Positions 1 to 12,366 of a DNA stretch of 64,000 nucleotides are shown one piece after another (positions within the stretch are counted from its first letter, which is position 1; each line of letters starts with the position of its first letter). A model generated the notes under the pieces. The model ran no database searches and was not told the origin of the DNA. It saw nothing but the letters and a program-made list of their open reading frames with translations. The stretch spans positions 30,318,001 through 30,382,000 of the forward strand of contig CM022671.1 in the NCBI GenBank assembly GCA_012295275.1, in the 5' to 3' direction. The stretch is from Chrysomallon squamiferum. Lineage: Eukaryota; Animalia; Mollusca. Made by a program: the position numbers and the translations under genes.

Positions 1-348
1 ATTGCTAACCCTGAGACGTATTATCGTTGTCACCATCATCATCATCATCATCATCATTATTATTAATGTTATTGTTCTTGTTGTTTTCGTTCTTAGATCT
101 AAAAATAGACTTAGCCTTATCATATTGATCCTACTTATTCATATTTCATGGTTATTAAGAATTAACCACATTATAAAAGAAATCTCATGGTTTATAGTGA
201 AATACAAAAATGTGTAGGATACGAAAAGCAAGGTTTGTGGCTTTTTAGTTGTGGTTGCTCTTGTTGTTGTTTTCTTGCTTCTTTTTTATTTCTGGTTTTT
301 ACTATATTATACCATCAAAACCATCGTAAATATTCTAAAATAATAATA

Positions 349-391
<43 letters not shown>

Positions 392-1410
392 GTAATAGCT
401 TGTATTGTATGAAAAGTAATTTCCTAAATATTTGAAACCAAAATATTGCGTCATCTTTATTCATGTGGGTTTTTGGTTGTGGTTGCTCTTGTTGTTGTTT
501 TGTTGCTTCGTTTTTATTTCTGGTTTTTACTATATTATAATTGGTTTTAGAATTGCGAAAATAAATCTCGTTTGCTAATGACGTCGTTTTTTCTTCTTCT
601 CTTTCTTAAACATAGGCTGTAGTTAAATCTTTGTAGATTAATATCATAGCTGTCACCAAGATTAATACTAACAACAACAACAACAAGGTCTTTGAAATAA
701 ATGGAGTTTTATTTCATATTTAAAAGGAGACTCTTGTTACACCGTAGTAACAATAAACATGTCTGAATAATTTACACAGAAATAGAACCATCGTCACTTA
801 TTAACTGTTGTGACGTTGATTATACTTTCGTTTTAGTTTCGATTTTCAACATTAAAGTTACATTAATACTAAAGAAGTATACTAAAATAATTTAAAACTT
901 CGGGTAAGGATGTGACCATAGAGCCCCAGTACAGGTTGAATCTGATTATTTTCTAATCTGTTGTAATAACAAAGTTTGGTAATAATATAATTAGTGTGCC
1001 AACATCCACGATACCTTCATGTCTTACATTATATCATTTCTGTCCTAAAGATATTGCTGTTTAATAATAAAAATGTTAAGATTTTAGAATAAATGAAAAT
1101 ATATCCGATTAGTTCAGCAGAAAAGGATAGCCTACTAAAGTAAATATTTTTAAAACTTACTGAAACCGGAAAAAAAAAAAAACAAGAATCATTTTATAAA
1201 ATAGCTGGGAATCACCTACTCACTGCCTTCATTCCTTTGAACCTTTATCTCAGATCTCCTGTGTACTAATTAAAACCTGTTATTTTAGAATTTAAATATT
1301 TAGTTTCATCATATGAGTATATTCTGTTTTATTTTGACAACACCCTGTGTTACTACGGAGAATCTATGCAATTTTATTTGGCGAATTTCATGTTGAGAAA
1401 TGATGGACAT
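1..1410. repeat. Paralogous copy of the TLR 3'-flanking segment of the tandem array
   Basis: Starts with attgctaaccctgagacgta, also found at ~8685, ~15125 and ~26941, each 0.65-0.87 kb downstream of a TLR stop. It aligns further with 38000-38970 (e.g. atagctgggaatcacctactcactgccttcattcctttgaacctttatctc) and with 3600-3980. Confidence 0.85.
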
Positions 1411-1424
1411 GATAAGAAATGATG

Positions 1425-2700
1425 GACCGGAGCAAGCAAAACGAGTGAGTGAAAATCGCGCGTACACGAAACTTTCAGAATGTTATTATGTTTGCTTGCT
1501 TATTTTTTTAGGCCATGACTTTTTCCGAAGAATCACGCGTATACGAAACTTTCAGTCTGACGCGGAAACCAAACTGTAACTCCTTATTTTAATGGAATAA
1601 ACAACGAAAGAAATGTCCTGCGTGGGGTAGTTAAATGTCTGTGGCAGAAAAATCTTGCCTCTAGAGATCGCATAGGATGTTGAAAATAAATGTTTGAAAA
1701 GTATGGTTTATAATTTTGAAGCTGATATTTTCGTGGGGGCGCCAGGTAAGTCTGCCACCGGCCCTGAATACGTACACATTATAAAATGTGTCGAGCTCAG
1801 TTAAACATTCGTTTTTATTCTCTCACCCGAAGTCACAAGTGATTCGTGCAACCAACTATTTACAGGAGCACAGAGCTGTTTAACTTTCAAACAAATTTAA
1901 CAGAGCGTGACTAACAATACATTTATGAAATACCCATGAACTTTCGATCATACAGGAAAGTAAATAATTTAGAAAAATGTCTTGAGAAATTTTCCGATAT
2001 TTCTAATATTGTTCATGATACATAAAGATTGAAATTTGGATACGTTTAAACGCTATTTATATAAGTATAATGGTTTGCTAAAATTAACATTGTTGCTTGT
2101 CTATTGTTAGTTTACGTGTTTATGAACATAATTATGTGTCTGAATTTGCATTTGTGTTTGGATGTTTGTCTACTCAATCCCGTGTTTCTATGTTTCGATC
2201 GATCTATCTCTTTTCCTCTGAACTATATATATTTCACAAGTAAATATGTCCTTATATTGTTAGATGTACATTTGATAGAACTTCCCTCTCCCTCCAACTA
2301 CAATATGAGGTCTGAAGGTTTATTTTGTGGCAAAACAGAATCAGCGTTTTCAATATTGCAAACCTGCGAGTTTATTGTTGTCATTTATACTTTGTATAAG
2401 CATGACCCGTTATGCAATAATGTGAACAAATCCATAAAACATGACTGTCGTTCGAGCAAGGAAACGTATAAACTCATCTATCTCAATTAAACATTGTCCT
2501 CAATTTCAAAAGGCCCCAACAGTTACACCGATCGAATTTATTTATTAACATATTCACAAAAAATTGAATGGCGTAGTATGTGATTAGGTTTTAGATGTGT
2601 CAAAGCTCTTCTGACAAAAGATTAATACCTAGGGAATGTATACTTAACGAAAAACATTTTGCAAGTTTTGTAAATGACTGTTTCTTCCACATAAATTAAA
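1425..2700. repeat. Diverged copy of the TLR upstream region with no TLR CDS following
   Basis: gcaagcaaaacgagtgagtgaaaatcgcgcgtacacgaaactttcagaa matches ~5565-5615. 2320-2630 matches 23055-23350 and 34510-34800 (ttttgtggcaaaaca...catgacc...tccataaa...gagcaagga...atcgaattta). Confidence 0.8.
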
Positions 2701-2779
2701 AGAGAGTCATAAAACTTGCTAATGTGTTAGTCTGATACGTCCTGTCGCTTTGGGTATGAAAAGAACACCATTTATCATA

Positions 2780-3578
2780 TCGCATGCCGCTATGTTTACT
2801 GCACGTGCAAATGCTGTGTGCACGTGCTGCCGCAGAAGCGCGTGCAGTTACGGATGTACTGAAATCACATTTTGATGCACTGAACCAACATTATCGAAAA
2901 ACAAAACCAAAGTTTTTCTCCTGTTATAATAGGTCGCCGTCCAAGCTTAACGGAAACTCGACGTCATGAAGCACTGGGACGTCTGAGCGACGGCCAACGA
3001 TCACAACAAACTGGGCAAGTGCAACATCGACCACATTCTGTTGACACTCAGGAATCTGAAATGGTCCAGAATACACCACCACTGACGTTATTCACAGACG
3101 AATCCAGCTTTTGTGTTCAGTTTCTGCATTGTATGCGTCACGTACGAAGGCGACGGGGAGAACGATATGATACAGACAGCTTCATTCAGCAGCATTAGCG
3201 ATATGATACAGACAGCTTCATTCAGCCTTAGCGATATTATACAGACAGCTTCATTCAGCCTTAGCGATATGATACAGACAGCTTCATTCAGCATTAGCGA
3301 TATGATGTTGGCAGCGTCATCGTCTGGGATGGCATTCGTGGTTTCAATATGACAACGATAGACGACAAACCTCTAGGCTAACCACCAATCTTCTTGAACG
3401 GAATCACATCCAACTGTTGAACTGTGCACCAAAGTGCCCTCACTCGTCCCCAATTCAACATGCATTGGACCTACTGGGCCGTAGAATACGCGAAAACCAT
3501 CCTGATATCCTCAGTAATCTGAAGTGGGAATGGAACTATCTTGCTGTTCCTGAGATTAATGCTCTCATTAGAAGCTAA
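2780..3578 (+). mobile_element. Decayed, internally deleted Tc1-like (DD34E) transposon
   Basis: Hand translation gives Tc1 transposase blocks: GRRPSLTETRRHEALGRLSDG...QTGQVQHRPHS, LFTDESSFCVQF...VRRRRGERY, GSVIVWDGI, and FQYDNDRRQTSRLTTNLLERNHIQLLNCAPKCPHSSPIQHALDLLGRRIRE...EWNYL...INALIRS. There are 34 residues between the second catalytic D and the E position, which is mutated to Q. Stops and deletions are present. TIRs were not identified, so the outer limits are approximate. Confidence 0.85.
3163..3305. repeat. 33-bp minisatellite, ~4 copies, inside the Tc1 remnant
   Basis: Unit cgatatgatacagacagcttcattcagc(c/a)ttag repeated head-to-tail; the first copy is 36 bp. Confidence 0.95.
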
Positions 3579-4096
3579 TAATAAAGTACGGTAATGATAT
3601 GCGAACATCGACGATACCTTCATGTCTTACATAATATCATTTCAGTCCTAAAGATATTGCTGTTTAATAATAAAAATGTTAAGATTTTCGAATAAATAAA
3701 ATATATCCGATTAGATCAACAAAAAAAGATAGCCTATTAAAGTAAATATCTTTAAAATTTACTGAAAACGGGAAAAAAAAAAAAAAGTCTTTTTGATGTT
3801 TTATAAAATAGCTGGGAATCACCTACTCACTGCCTTCATTCCTTTGAACCTTTATCTCAAATCTTCTGTGTACTAATTAAAAACTGTTATTTTAGAATTT
3901 AAATATTTAGTTTCATCATCTGAGTATATTCTGTTTTGGCGCAATTTTATTTGGCGAATTTCATGTTGAGAAATGAAGGACAACTTTACAGCATACAAAA
4001 TAGTATTTAGGCTATTACATGTTGTGCAGACTACCTCAAGTTGACTTTAATTTTGTTTTAAATGGCGAATGATCAGGGACTTGAAACACGGATGTT

Positions 4097-4552
4097 CTAA
4101 ATCAGATTATGGAAGGTCCAAGCAGCTCTTCGTCTCTTCTATGTTCTGGCTGGGAAGAACATTTTAGTTTCACAGTCAGCGTTCAATAGTAGCTGTCCGT
4201 CATCGGTTTTACTGTTTTCCAGATCTCAAGTCAGAAATAATTATTGCATTTTACAAATAAGTGAAAGAAAAAGAAGCAGAATAGTGAAAATAGAACCATG
4301 ATATATAAAATTCCCAGAGCAAATCAGAAGATCTCGTTTTTCAAAATCAACTCATTGTCATTGTATTTAAGCAATAAACGTGTATTTAATGTAATCATCG
4401 GCCAGTTATGAATTTTACAAGCAGACTTATTTGTGCACGTATGATGACGCAAAAGGAAATCAACAAATATATAAAATGTAATTCTTACCTTCCCATCTTG
4501 CAGCAACATTGTTACAGCTTCAACATCTGGAGCCATATATCGAACAACTTTG
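4097..4552 (-). pseudogene. HAL: HAL 3' fragment (copies of the last two coding exons), pseudogenised
   Basis: 4489-4552 reads KVVRYMAPDVEAVTMLLQDGK (functional gene: PWKVDRYMAPDIEAVTKLLQDGK). 4097-4224 reads IWKTVKPMTDSYY* with a premature TGA and deletions. The intervening intron and downstream DNA (3600-4560) align to 38690-39575. Confidence 0.9.
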
Positions 4553-6798
4553 CTGAAATAAATCAGTGAAAAATTATGTTACTACTACTACTACTAGTAT
4601 GACTTCTACTATAGGTACTAGCATTACAAGTAGTCCTACTGTTAGAGCTACTACTCATAAAATAGTAAATAGAAGATATATTTCACCTAATTAAGTATAA
4701 AATAAAAATTCGAAAAAAGGAGAGAATGTGAATGTAATACTGAAACTGATTATAAAAAGCGTAAAATAACAATAATAATAAGAAGAAGAAGAAGAAGAAG
4801 AAGAAAAAGCAGCAACAAAACAACGAAAGAATAGAAAAATAGAGAGAAGAGAAAGTAATAAAAAAAAATCCCAAAAGGACAAATAATAACATCAGTTTGA
4901 TCCAACAAACAAATAAAATGTAGACACTCGTAATGCAGTCAGTTGTTTACGATGCGAGAGGATTTGAAATTCGTGCCTGCTAACTTGCCTTTTTGTGTAT
5001 CTCCTTAGAATAATGTATTCAGTTGTTTACAACATCCCACAAACACTATACTTTGGTTATTTTAATCAGTTTCTTTTTTTTAACTACTAGTATCTGGAGA
5101 TTAATAAAACTCACAGGCAAAATCGAGGAAATTATCCTGCCTGCCTGCATGCATGCATAAGCGCCTACCTTTCAACAAATCCATAGTCCTACGTGTTTAG
5201 CTGTTCAGGCTGGAGAGGTTCACAAAGATATAGAAATAATAATAATATATTGAACGTACTGGGTGAAAATTATCCTCATATATTTAATGTCCGTCATGTA
5301 GACCTGTATTTAATCTTTGTAGGGGAATGATTTGCAAGTGAATGTATTCATGCACTAGGCCTATGGATGTAACTTGCTAAAAGTTTTTGGCCAGCGCTGC
5401 CATTTAGGCAAATTTGCGCATTTCTCCAAATCAACAACAGCTTTGAAAAAGAAAAAAAAAAAGATATCAGTTTTATTGAAAGTCGTTTTTTTTATCCTCG
5501 TTTATGTCATACAGGGACAAATAATCGGGTAGATTCAATCTGACCGAAACACCAGGCTGACCAGAACAAGCAAAACGAGTGAGTAAAAATCGCGTGTACA
5601 CGAAACTTTCAGAACTTAATTACGTTCGCGTCTTTCTGAGTTTTGTTTTTAGCCCATGAGTTTATCCGAAGAATCACGCGAACAGCAAACCTTCAGTCTG
5701 CCGAGGAAACGAAACTGAAGGCGGTAAAACGTATGAACAAGAAAAGAAATGTCTGAGTGGGCGCCATCTAGTCTGTCAGAGGTCATGCATACATGCACAC
5801 ATTTTAACATTTGTTGAGATTAGTTAAACATTCGTTTATAAAGGTATAAGACGAAGTCGCAAGTGATTAATGCAACCAGTTATTTACAGGAGCACATAAG
5901 TGTTTAACTTTTAAACAAATTTAACAGAGCGTGACTCACAGTACATTTATGAAATACCCACGAAGTTCATTTCGATCTTAGCAGGAAGTAAATAATTTAA
6001 AAGAAGTCATCAGCAATCTTCCGATATTTCTAATATTGTTAATGCGATCAAGAGATTGAAATTTGGATACTTTTAAACGCTATTTATGTCAGTATAATGG
6101 TTTGGTAAAATAATATTGTTGCTTGTCTATAGTTGTTATATGTGTATATGGGTATAAATATGTGCCTGAATTTAAGGGTATCTGGATATCTATTTGTGTT
6201 TGTATGTTTGTCTGACTTTATATCTATCTATGTATCTATATTTCGACCTATCTCTTTCTCTCTGATATATATATGTACGTGTGTGTGTCTGTGTGTGTGA
6301 ATATGTATGTGTGTATATAGTAAGCGTGCTCTGTATTACTTATTTTATTTAACAAGTATATTGTTAGATGTAAATTTAATACAACTTCCCTGTATTCGCC
6401 ACTTACAGTTCAACTGTCTGAAGCATTCTTTTGTGGCAAAACAATATCAGGGTTTTCAATATTGTAAAACGAATAATACTGCGAGGTTATTGTTGTTGTT
6501 GTCTTTTATTCTTTGTATAACATGAACCGTTAGGTAGTAATGTGACCATATCTATAAGGTATGGCAGTCGCTCGAGTAAGGAAAATCATAAACTCTTCCT
6601 GGTTGACTTAGAGTATATAGTTTATTAGTTTATGGATATATCTCTGTCTCTGTCTTTACCTTTCTATATATTTATCTATATGTCAATCTGTCTCTCTATC
6701 TATTTATCTGTCTGTAATTTGTCTGAATATATGTGCGTGTGTATGTATATATCGAAATATAACTGATGTGTTTTTGTTTCTTTCAATTATTTTTTTAT

Positions 6799-7821
6799 TT
6801 GAAAACATTAATTCTGAACAACATGACGATCAGATTTACTTCTGGCCTAACTGAAGCCCCTATCTTTCAGAACATAAGAGCATTTTTCTTTCAAGAAAAT
6901 TTCGTTTCTATCTTAAATGAATCCATTTTAGCTGAAATGCCATCTTTGTATTTCTTGGATATGCGAAACAATCGAATAAAGTCGTTTTCCTCAAGGAATC
7001 TCGGAAGAAACTTGAGGATCAGAATTATGAATCTGGCTGGGAACATGTTGTACGAGGTTCCCAATTTCTGCTGGTCTAATGGTTCTACTCGTTACGACGG
7101 ACTTGAGATTCTGAATCTCGACTATAATGGTATTAGAATAATAAACAGATTTTTCATGTCTCAACAATCTGAAACTGAGCCTGAGCGGCAACATGATTCA
7201 AGTGCTCGAACACAATACCTTTATCAGTCTACCTAGATTACAAGTTCTAAATCTGCAGAAAACAAACATAAACAAAATACCTTCGAAAACTCTATGCTTT
7301 CTACCTTTGATCGTCGTAGCCGTCGTATATTGCAATCGTTGGAACATTCGATACCTATTTTATTCTAGAAGACGACGTGGGTATCAACAGCTGCCTGGCA
7401 GAAACATACAGATGGAATACGACGCGTTTGTTTCCTGCGCCAATGAAGACATGGACTGGATGATGAGCGAGATTAGTGACTTTCTGGAGAATGAAAAGCT
7501 GGGAAACTTATTATTGATAAGGTAATGGACTGCATGGAAAAAAGCAGGACCGTCATCGTCATAGTATTTAATCATTTTGTGAAAAGCAAATGGTGCACGT
7601 GGGAGTTAAAATTCGCACTGCGTCTGCACATAGAGACAGAAAAACACATTGTTGTAGTCATTCGTGAACCGGTTTTCAGAAGGAACATGACTCGGCCGAT
7701 GAAAGCTTTATTTGAAACCACCACCTACATAGAGTGGGCAGAAAATGATGCTGCTGAAAGACTTTTCAGGAGTCAGCTGGCAAATGCTATGGGATGTGTG
7801 AACTGTGATACAGTTATTTGA
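6799..7821 (+). pseudogene. TLR-A: Toll-like receptor pseudogene, 5'-truncated with several internal deletions and frameshifts
   Basis: ORF fragments 6766-7236, 7193-7525 and 7525-7821 are near-identical to parts of TLR-B/C/D. It lacks the signal peptide and LRRNT. Relative to TLR-B it has deletions of ~237 nt (junction ~7244), ~400 nt removing LRRCT and most of the TM (~7307) and 37 nt in the TIR (~7499). Confidence 0.93.
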
Positions 7822-9533
7822 CGCCGTTTTCAATATAAGGATGTGGAAGATGGGTACAGTAATGAAACTTTGTTCTACTGCTTGAACACGAAAGTCAACA
7901 ACAATGAAACAAACAACAACAGTAAGAATAATAATAGGAAGAAAATGAAAAAGGAAAAGTCTATGATAATTACGAAGACAAGGAAGAAAATGAAGAAGGA
8001 GAAGAAGAAGAAACATTGTACCGTTATCGCAAATCGACGACGATATGTTAATAATGATTCCATAACGATTAAAAACTTTAAAATGCTAATTATCTTTAAA
8101 AAATATAAATGTAGATAAAAAATAAAAATAATAAAATAAAGAAAGATAAGAAGAATCAGAAATTTTATAAAAATTCATAATAAAATAAATACGTCATTTT
8201 GAATTATCGAAAATAACATTATAAGTTTTTTTTTTTTATAAAACTTGCCTCTTGATGTTCAATACAACTATCGATATAGAGCATATAAATATCAACTTTT
8301 CAATGGTCGATAATCCATCGATTCAAGAAATTAATGCGATTTACTTGTTTGATAATATTACCAAAAATACATGGTCACTGAAATTACATTTATATGAATT
8401 AAATGCATACATTTTTATTTTTGTTTTATTTTTTACATACACTAGAATAGATGTGGTATTTTTCCATTTTATTTTAATACTGATAAACCTTTTATCTGAG
8501 ATATAACAAACGGTATCATGTTGTGTTCTATTATAGCTATTGATACTGACAACTAACAAAACTCCTATCTTGCAGAATATAGCAGTTACTTAACACATAA
8601 TAATATAATGATTTTTGAAATGTCTATATTTTTATATTACAGCTGTTTCAGTACTATATAATTTTACAAATACTTGGCGGATATTATTGCTAACCCTGAG
8701 ACGTATATTGTTACTGTTATTATTATCAATATAATTGTTGTTGTTATTTCTGTTCTTAGTAATCAAAAATAGCCGTAGCTTTATCATATTAATCCTTATT
8801 AATCCTATTAATTGATGGTTCATAGTTATTAAGAATTAACCGTAATTTAGAATTAGTGATGTGTTTTATATTGAAATACAAAAATGTGTCTATTAGAATT
8901 GCGAAAATAAACCTCGCATGCTGGTGATGTCTTTTTTCTGTTTTTTAAACATAGGCTGCAGTTAAACGTTTGTAGATTAATATCATAACTGTCATCATCA
9001 TGAATACCAACAACAACAAGGTCTTTCAAATAAATGGAGTTTTATTTCATATTTTAATGATAGATTGAGCCTTGTTACACCGTAATAACAGTAAACATTT
9101 CTGAAACATTTACACAGAAATATAACCACACTCACTGACTAACTCTTGTGGCGTTGCACTCTACATACTTTCGTTTTAGCCTCGATTATCAACAGTAAAC
9201 TTAGTTTGATACTAAATACGTGTACCAAAAGAATTTAAAACTTGAGTTAGCGGGATTTAAGCAAAGAACCTGTTTTTTTAATCTATGCTAATAATAAATC
9301 ATGGTAATAATATAACTAGTCTGCGAAGATCCACGATGCCGTCAATTTTTACTTTGTATCTCCTCTGTTATAAACATATTGCTGTTTAATAATAAAGATG
9401 TTAAGATCTAGGAACGAATAAAATAAATCTCATCAGCACACTAGAAAAGATAGCCTACTAGGGTAAATATCTAGTTACAAGATTTTACAAGATCACAAGA
9501 CTTTAGTGTTAATGATAGTTTAATTATAATAAT

Positions 9534-9589
<56 letters not shown>

Positions 9590-9636
9590 CAAACGTTGTA
9601 GTTTTAAATTTCTGTGTTATGACGTAATAAAACAAA

Positions 9637-10991
9637 TTAGAGGCGGGAATGGATGATATCACCGTGCCAGATGACATACTGTATCAGCTGATCATGACAC
9701 CCCATCTGATAGATCACGTGCTCCCATCTGAAATGACAATAACAACAACAACAATAATGACAACACCATCAACAAGAACAATATTAATAACTACAATAAT
9801 AATAATAATTATAATAGTTGTCGAAACTCACAATTTGTGGAAGATGAAGATGAAAGGTCATAATGATGATAGTGGAAGTGATGTTGTGTTGATAAATACA
9901 TGTAAGAAAATAAAATAAAAATATCAATTCAAAAGTAATAATAATAATAATTATTATTGTTATCGTCGTCGTCGTCATCATATTCATTATCATTATTATT
10001 ATTATTATTAGTAGTAGTAGTAGTAGTAGTAGTGTAGTAGCAGTAGTAGTAGTACTAGTAGTAGTAGTAGTAGTAATAGTAGTAGCAGTAGTAGTAGTAC
10101 TAGTAGTAGTAGTAGTAGTAATAGTAGTAGCAGTAGTAGTAGTAGTAGTACTAGTAGTAGTAGTAGTAGTAGTAGTACTAGCAGTAGTAGTAGTAGTAGT
10201 AGTAGCAGCAGTAGTAGTAGTCGTAGTAGTAGCAGCAGTAGTAGTAGTAGTAGTAGTAGTAGTCCCCTACCTTGGAGCATCCACAATAAGCAGGTTGGCG
10301 ATTTTGCCTCTTTCAACGGATCCGTGAGTTTCTGATTTTCCTAAAGCAGCCGCCGCATTCAGAGTGGCCGCCACTAACACTTCCGGCATGGACATGCGCA
10401 GTGTTACGCAAGCCAAGTGCATCACTAAGGGCTGAAGTTAGGAAATGTTCAATAAAATGAACAAATTGAGACACAGTGAATTCCAAAGAAAATTATAACA
10501 CATGAGTCATTCTATAACTCAAAATGCATGTAATATCAAAACGTTAAGTGAGACTCGCTTTCCACCAGCATGTGTTTCTGTGGTAATTACTTTCAATATT
10601 AAGATGGTTGTTTTTAAAGGGAAACTTTGGAGGAGAGTCAGCTCATTTAATCTCTCGTAATTTATCATGACTAACGAATTATATGCTTTGAGTAGGAAGA
10701 CGATGGTTCATATCTGTTTTATCATGGGTCTGCTACAAAGGATACTAGTGAAACTGATAAATGTGCAATTACCATAGACATGCAGTGCGCATTAGGATTG
10801 AAATCGGAGCCCAAAGCGACAGGAACTCCGGCATCTATCATTTTCCTAACTGGCGGGGGTTTCAGTCGGAGGATGTAAGCAGTGGTCGGAAGAACGACAG
10901 CCACGACGTTGGCCTTAGACATAGCAGCTACACCTTCGTCTGTGACCTCTTCTAGGTGACTTATAGCTAAAGCACCAATTTCAGCTCCCAT
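9637..10991 (-). pseudogene. AMDHD1: AMDHD1-C: 5'-truncated imidazolonepropionase copy (exons 6-8 only)
   Basis: Exons 10773-10991 (MGAEIGALAISHLEEV...GSDFNPNAHCMSM), 10271-10431 and 9637-9727 are intact. At ~11151 intron 5 (gtcagttattg) jumps directly into TLR-upstream sequence (tatctatctcccgccctctgaaat, cf. ~22987), deleting exons 1-5. Confidence 0.92.
10009..10263. repeat. (AGT)n microsatellite in AMDHD1 intron 7; paralogues at ~16572-16773 and ~28291-28434
   Basis: Direct reading. It is the source of the spurious poly-L/S/V ORFs. Confidence 0.95.
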
Positions 10992-12366
10992 CTGTGTAAA
11001 ATACAAATCTTTATTTCTGTATGTACAAGAGTGTGCGTGTGTGTATACGTGCGTGTATACGTGTGTGTCTGCGTATGTGTGCGCGCATGTCTGTGTGTGA
11101 AAGGATGTAATAATATGGGTTGCTAGCACATGTGTTATGCGTCAGTTATTGTTATCTATCTCCCGCCCTCTGAAATATATATATATATATATATATTCCT
11201 GAAGCCTTATTTTGTGGCAAAACAATATCAGTGTTTTCAATATTGTAAAACGAATAATACAGCGAGGTTATTGTTGTTGTTGTGTAACATGACCCATTAC
11301 GCACTAATGTAACCAAATCCATAAAGCATGCCTGTCACTGGAGCAAGGACACGTGTAAACTCGTCTATCTAAATTTAAACATCACTTGACATACGGTTTT
11401 AAGACATCTCAACGTTTACATCGATCGAATTTAATTATTAAGATATTCCTATACGGGTGAATGAAGTAATTTTGATAATATATGTAGATAACTCAAGATT
11501 ACACAAGGGGACAAAGTATAAAGAAAGGAATGTAACGGGACTAAACGATATTCAGACTGAAAAGTTGATACGCCAATATTAGAGTACATAAGCTAATATT
11601 AGAGCAAGAGGAGTGACTTTAACTGATAACACCTTGGACCTTGACTTTCTAACACACACAGTCGTTTTATAGTTTAATAAATAAATAAATATCAGATATA
11701 GCTGCTATAATTACTGTTACGTAATGATTTAAACTTCTGGATACATTTAAGTACTGTTTAGGTAAGTATAATGGTTTAGATAATATCATGTTGTAACATT
11801 TCAACTGTTGGTGTTAGTATATATGGTTCAGTTAGAGTATATAATTTATTAGAGTATGGACATGTCTGCCTCTTTGTCTATCTGTCTCTGTTTATGTGTA
11901 CGCCTATGTACCTGTCTGTGTCTAGGAATCAGTCTGTCTATAAGTGTCTCTATGTCTGTCTTTAAATTATCTTTTCATCTGTCTTCCTATCTATCTATCG
12001 ATCTATCTATCTTTTGTCCATGTATTTTTTCTCTATCGATGTGTCTAACTGTACCAATCTGTCTGTCTGTCTGTATAATCTAACTGCATACTTATACTTT
12101 TAAGCACTTTATATATAAATGTATCCGAGTGCACGCGAAAGCAAATGTACATATAAACCAAATCAGTGAAAACTGGAGTTTTATGTGTATGTTGGTGTGT
12201 GTCTGTGTGTGCGTGTTTTCTATCAGAGTTATGAAAACGATGACTCAGTTAAATGATGAGAGAAATCCAGATTCTCTTTTTTTCTCTGTATCTTTCATAA
12301 TTATTTCTTTTATTTTCTTCATTCCAGAAAAACAAAACTAAATATAGACAAATACACAGACGGAAA

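Noticed and set aside
3163-3305. Regularly spaced ~33-bp repeats as a CRISPR array
   Set aside because: The units are head-to-tail with no unique spacers, there are no cas genes, and the context is a eukaryotic Tc1 remnant.
5085-5300. Possible Helitron- or MITE-like insert
   Set aside because: Only a vague resemblance, with no termini or second copy visible in the window.
9649-9918. Recurrent ORF MDDITVPDDILYQLIMTPH (also at 16213 and 27916) as a novel conserved peptide
   Set aside because: It is the antisense of AMDHD1 exon 8 plus intron. Its recurrence reflects the tandem duplication.
9471-10316. Poly-I, poly-L, poly-S, ER- and LS-repeat ORFs here and throughout the window
   Set aside because: They are translations of (AAT)n, (AGT)n, (AG)n, (GT)n and (TATG)n microsatellites.
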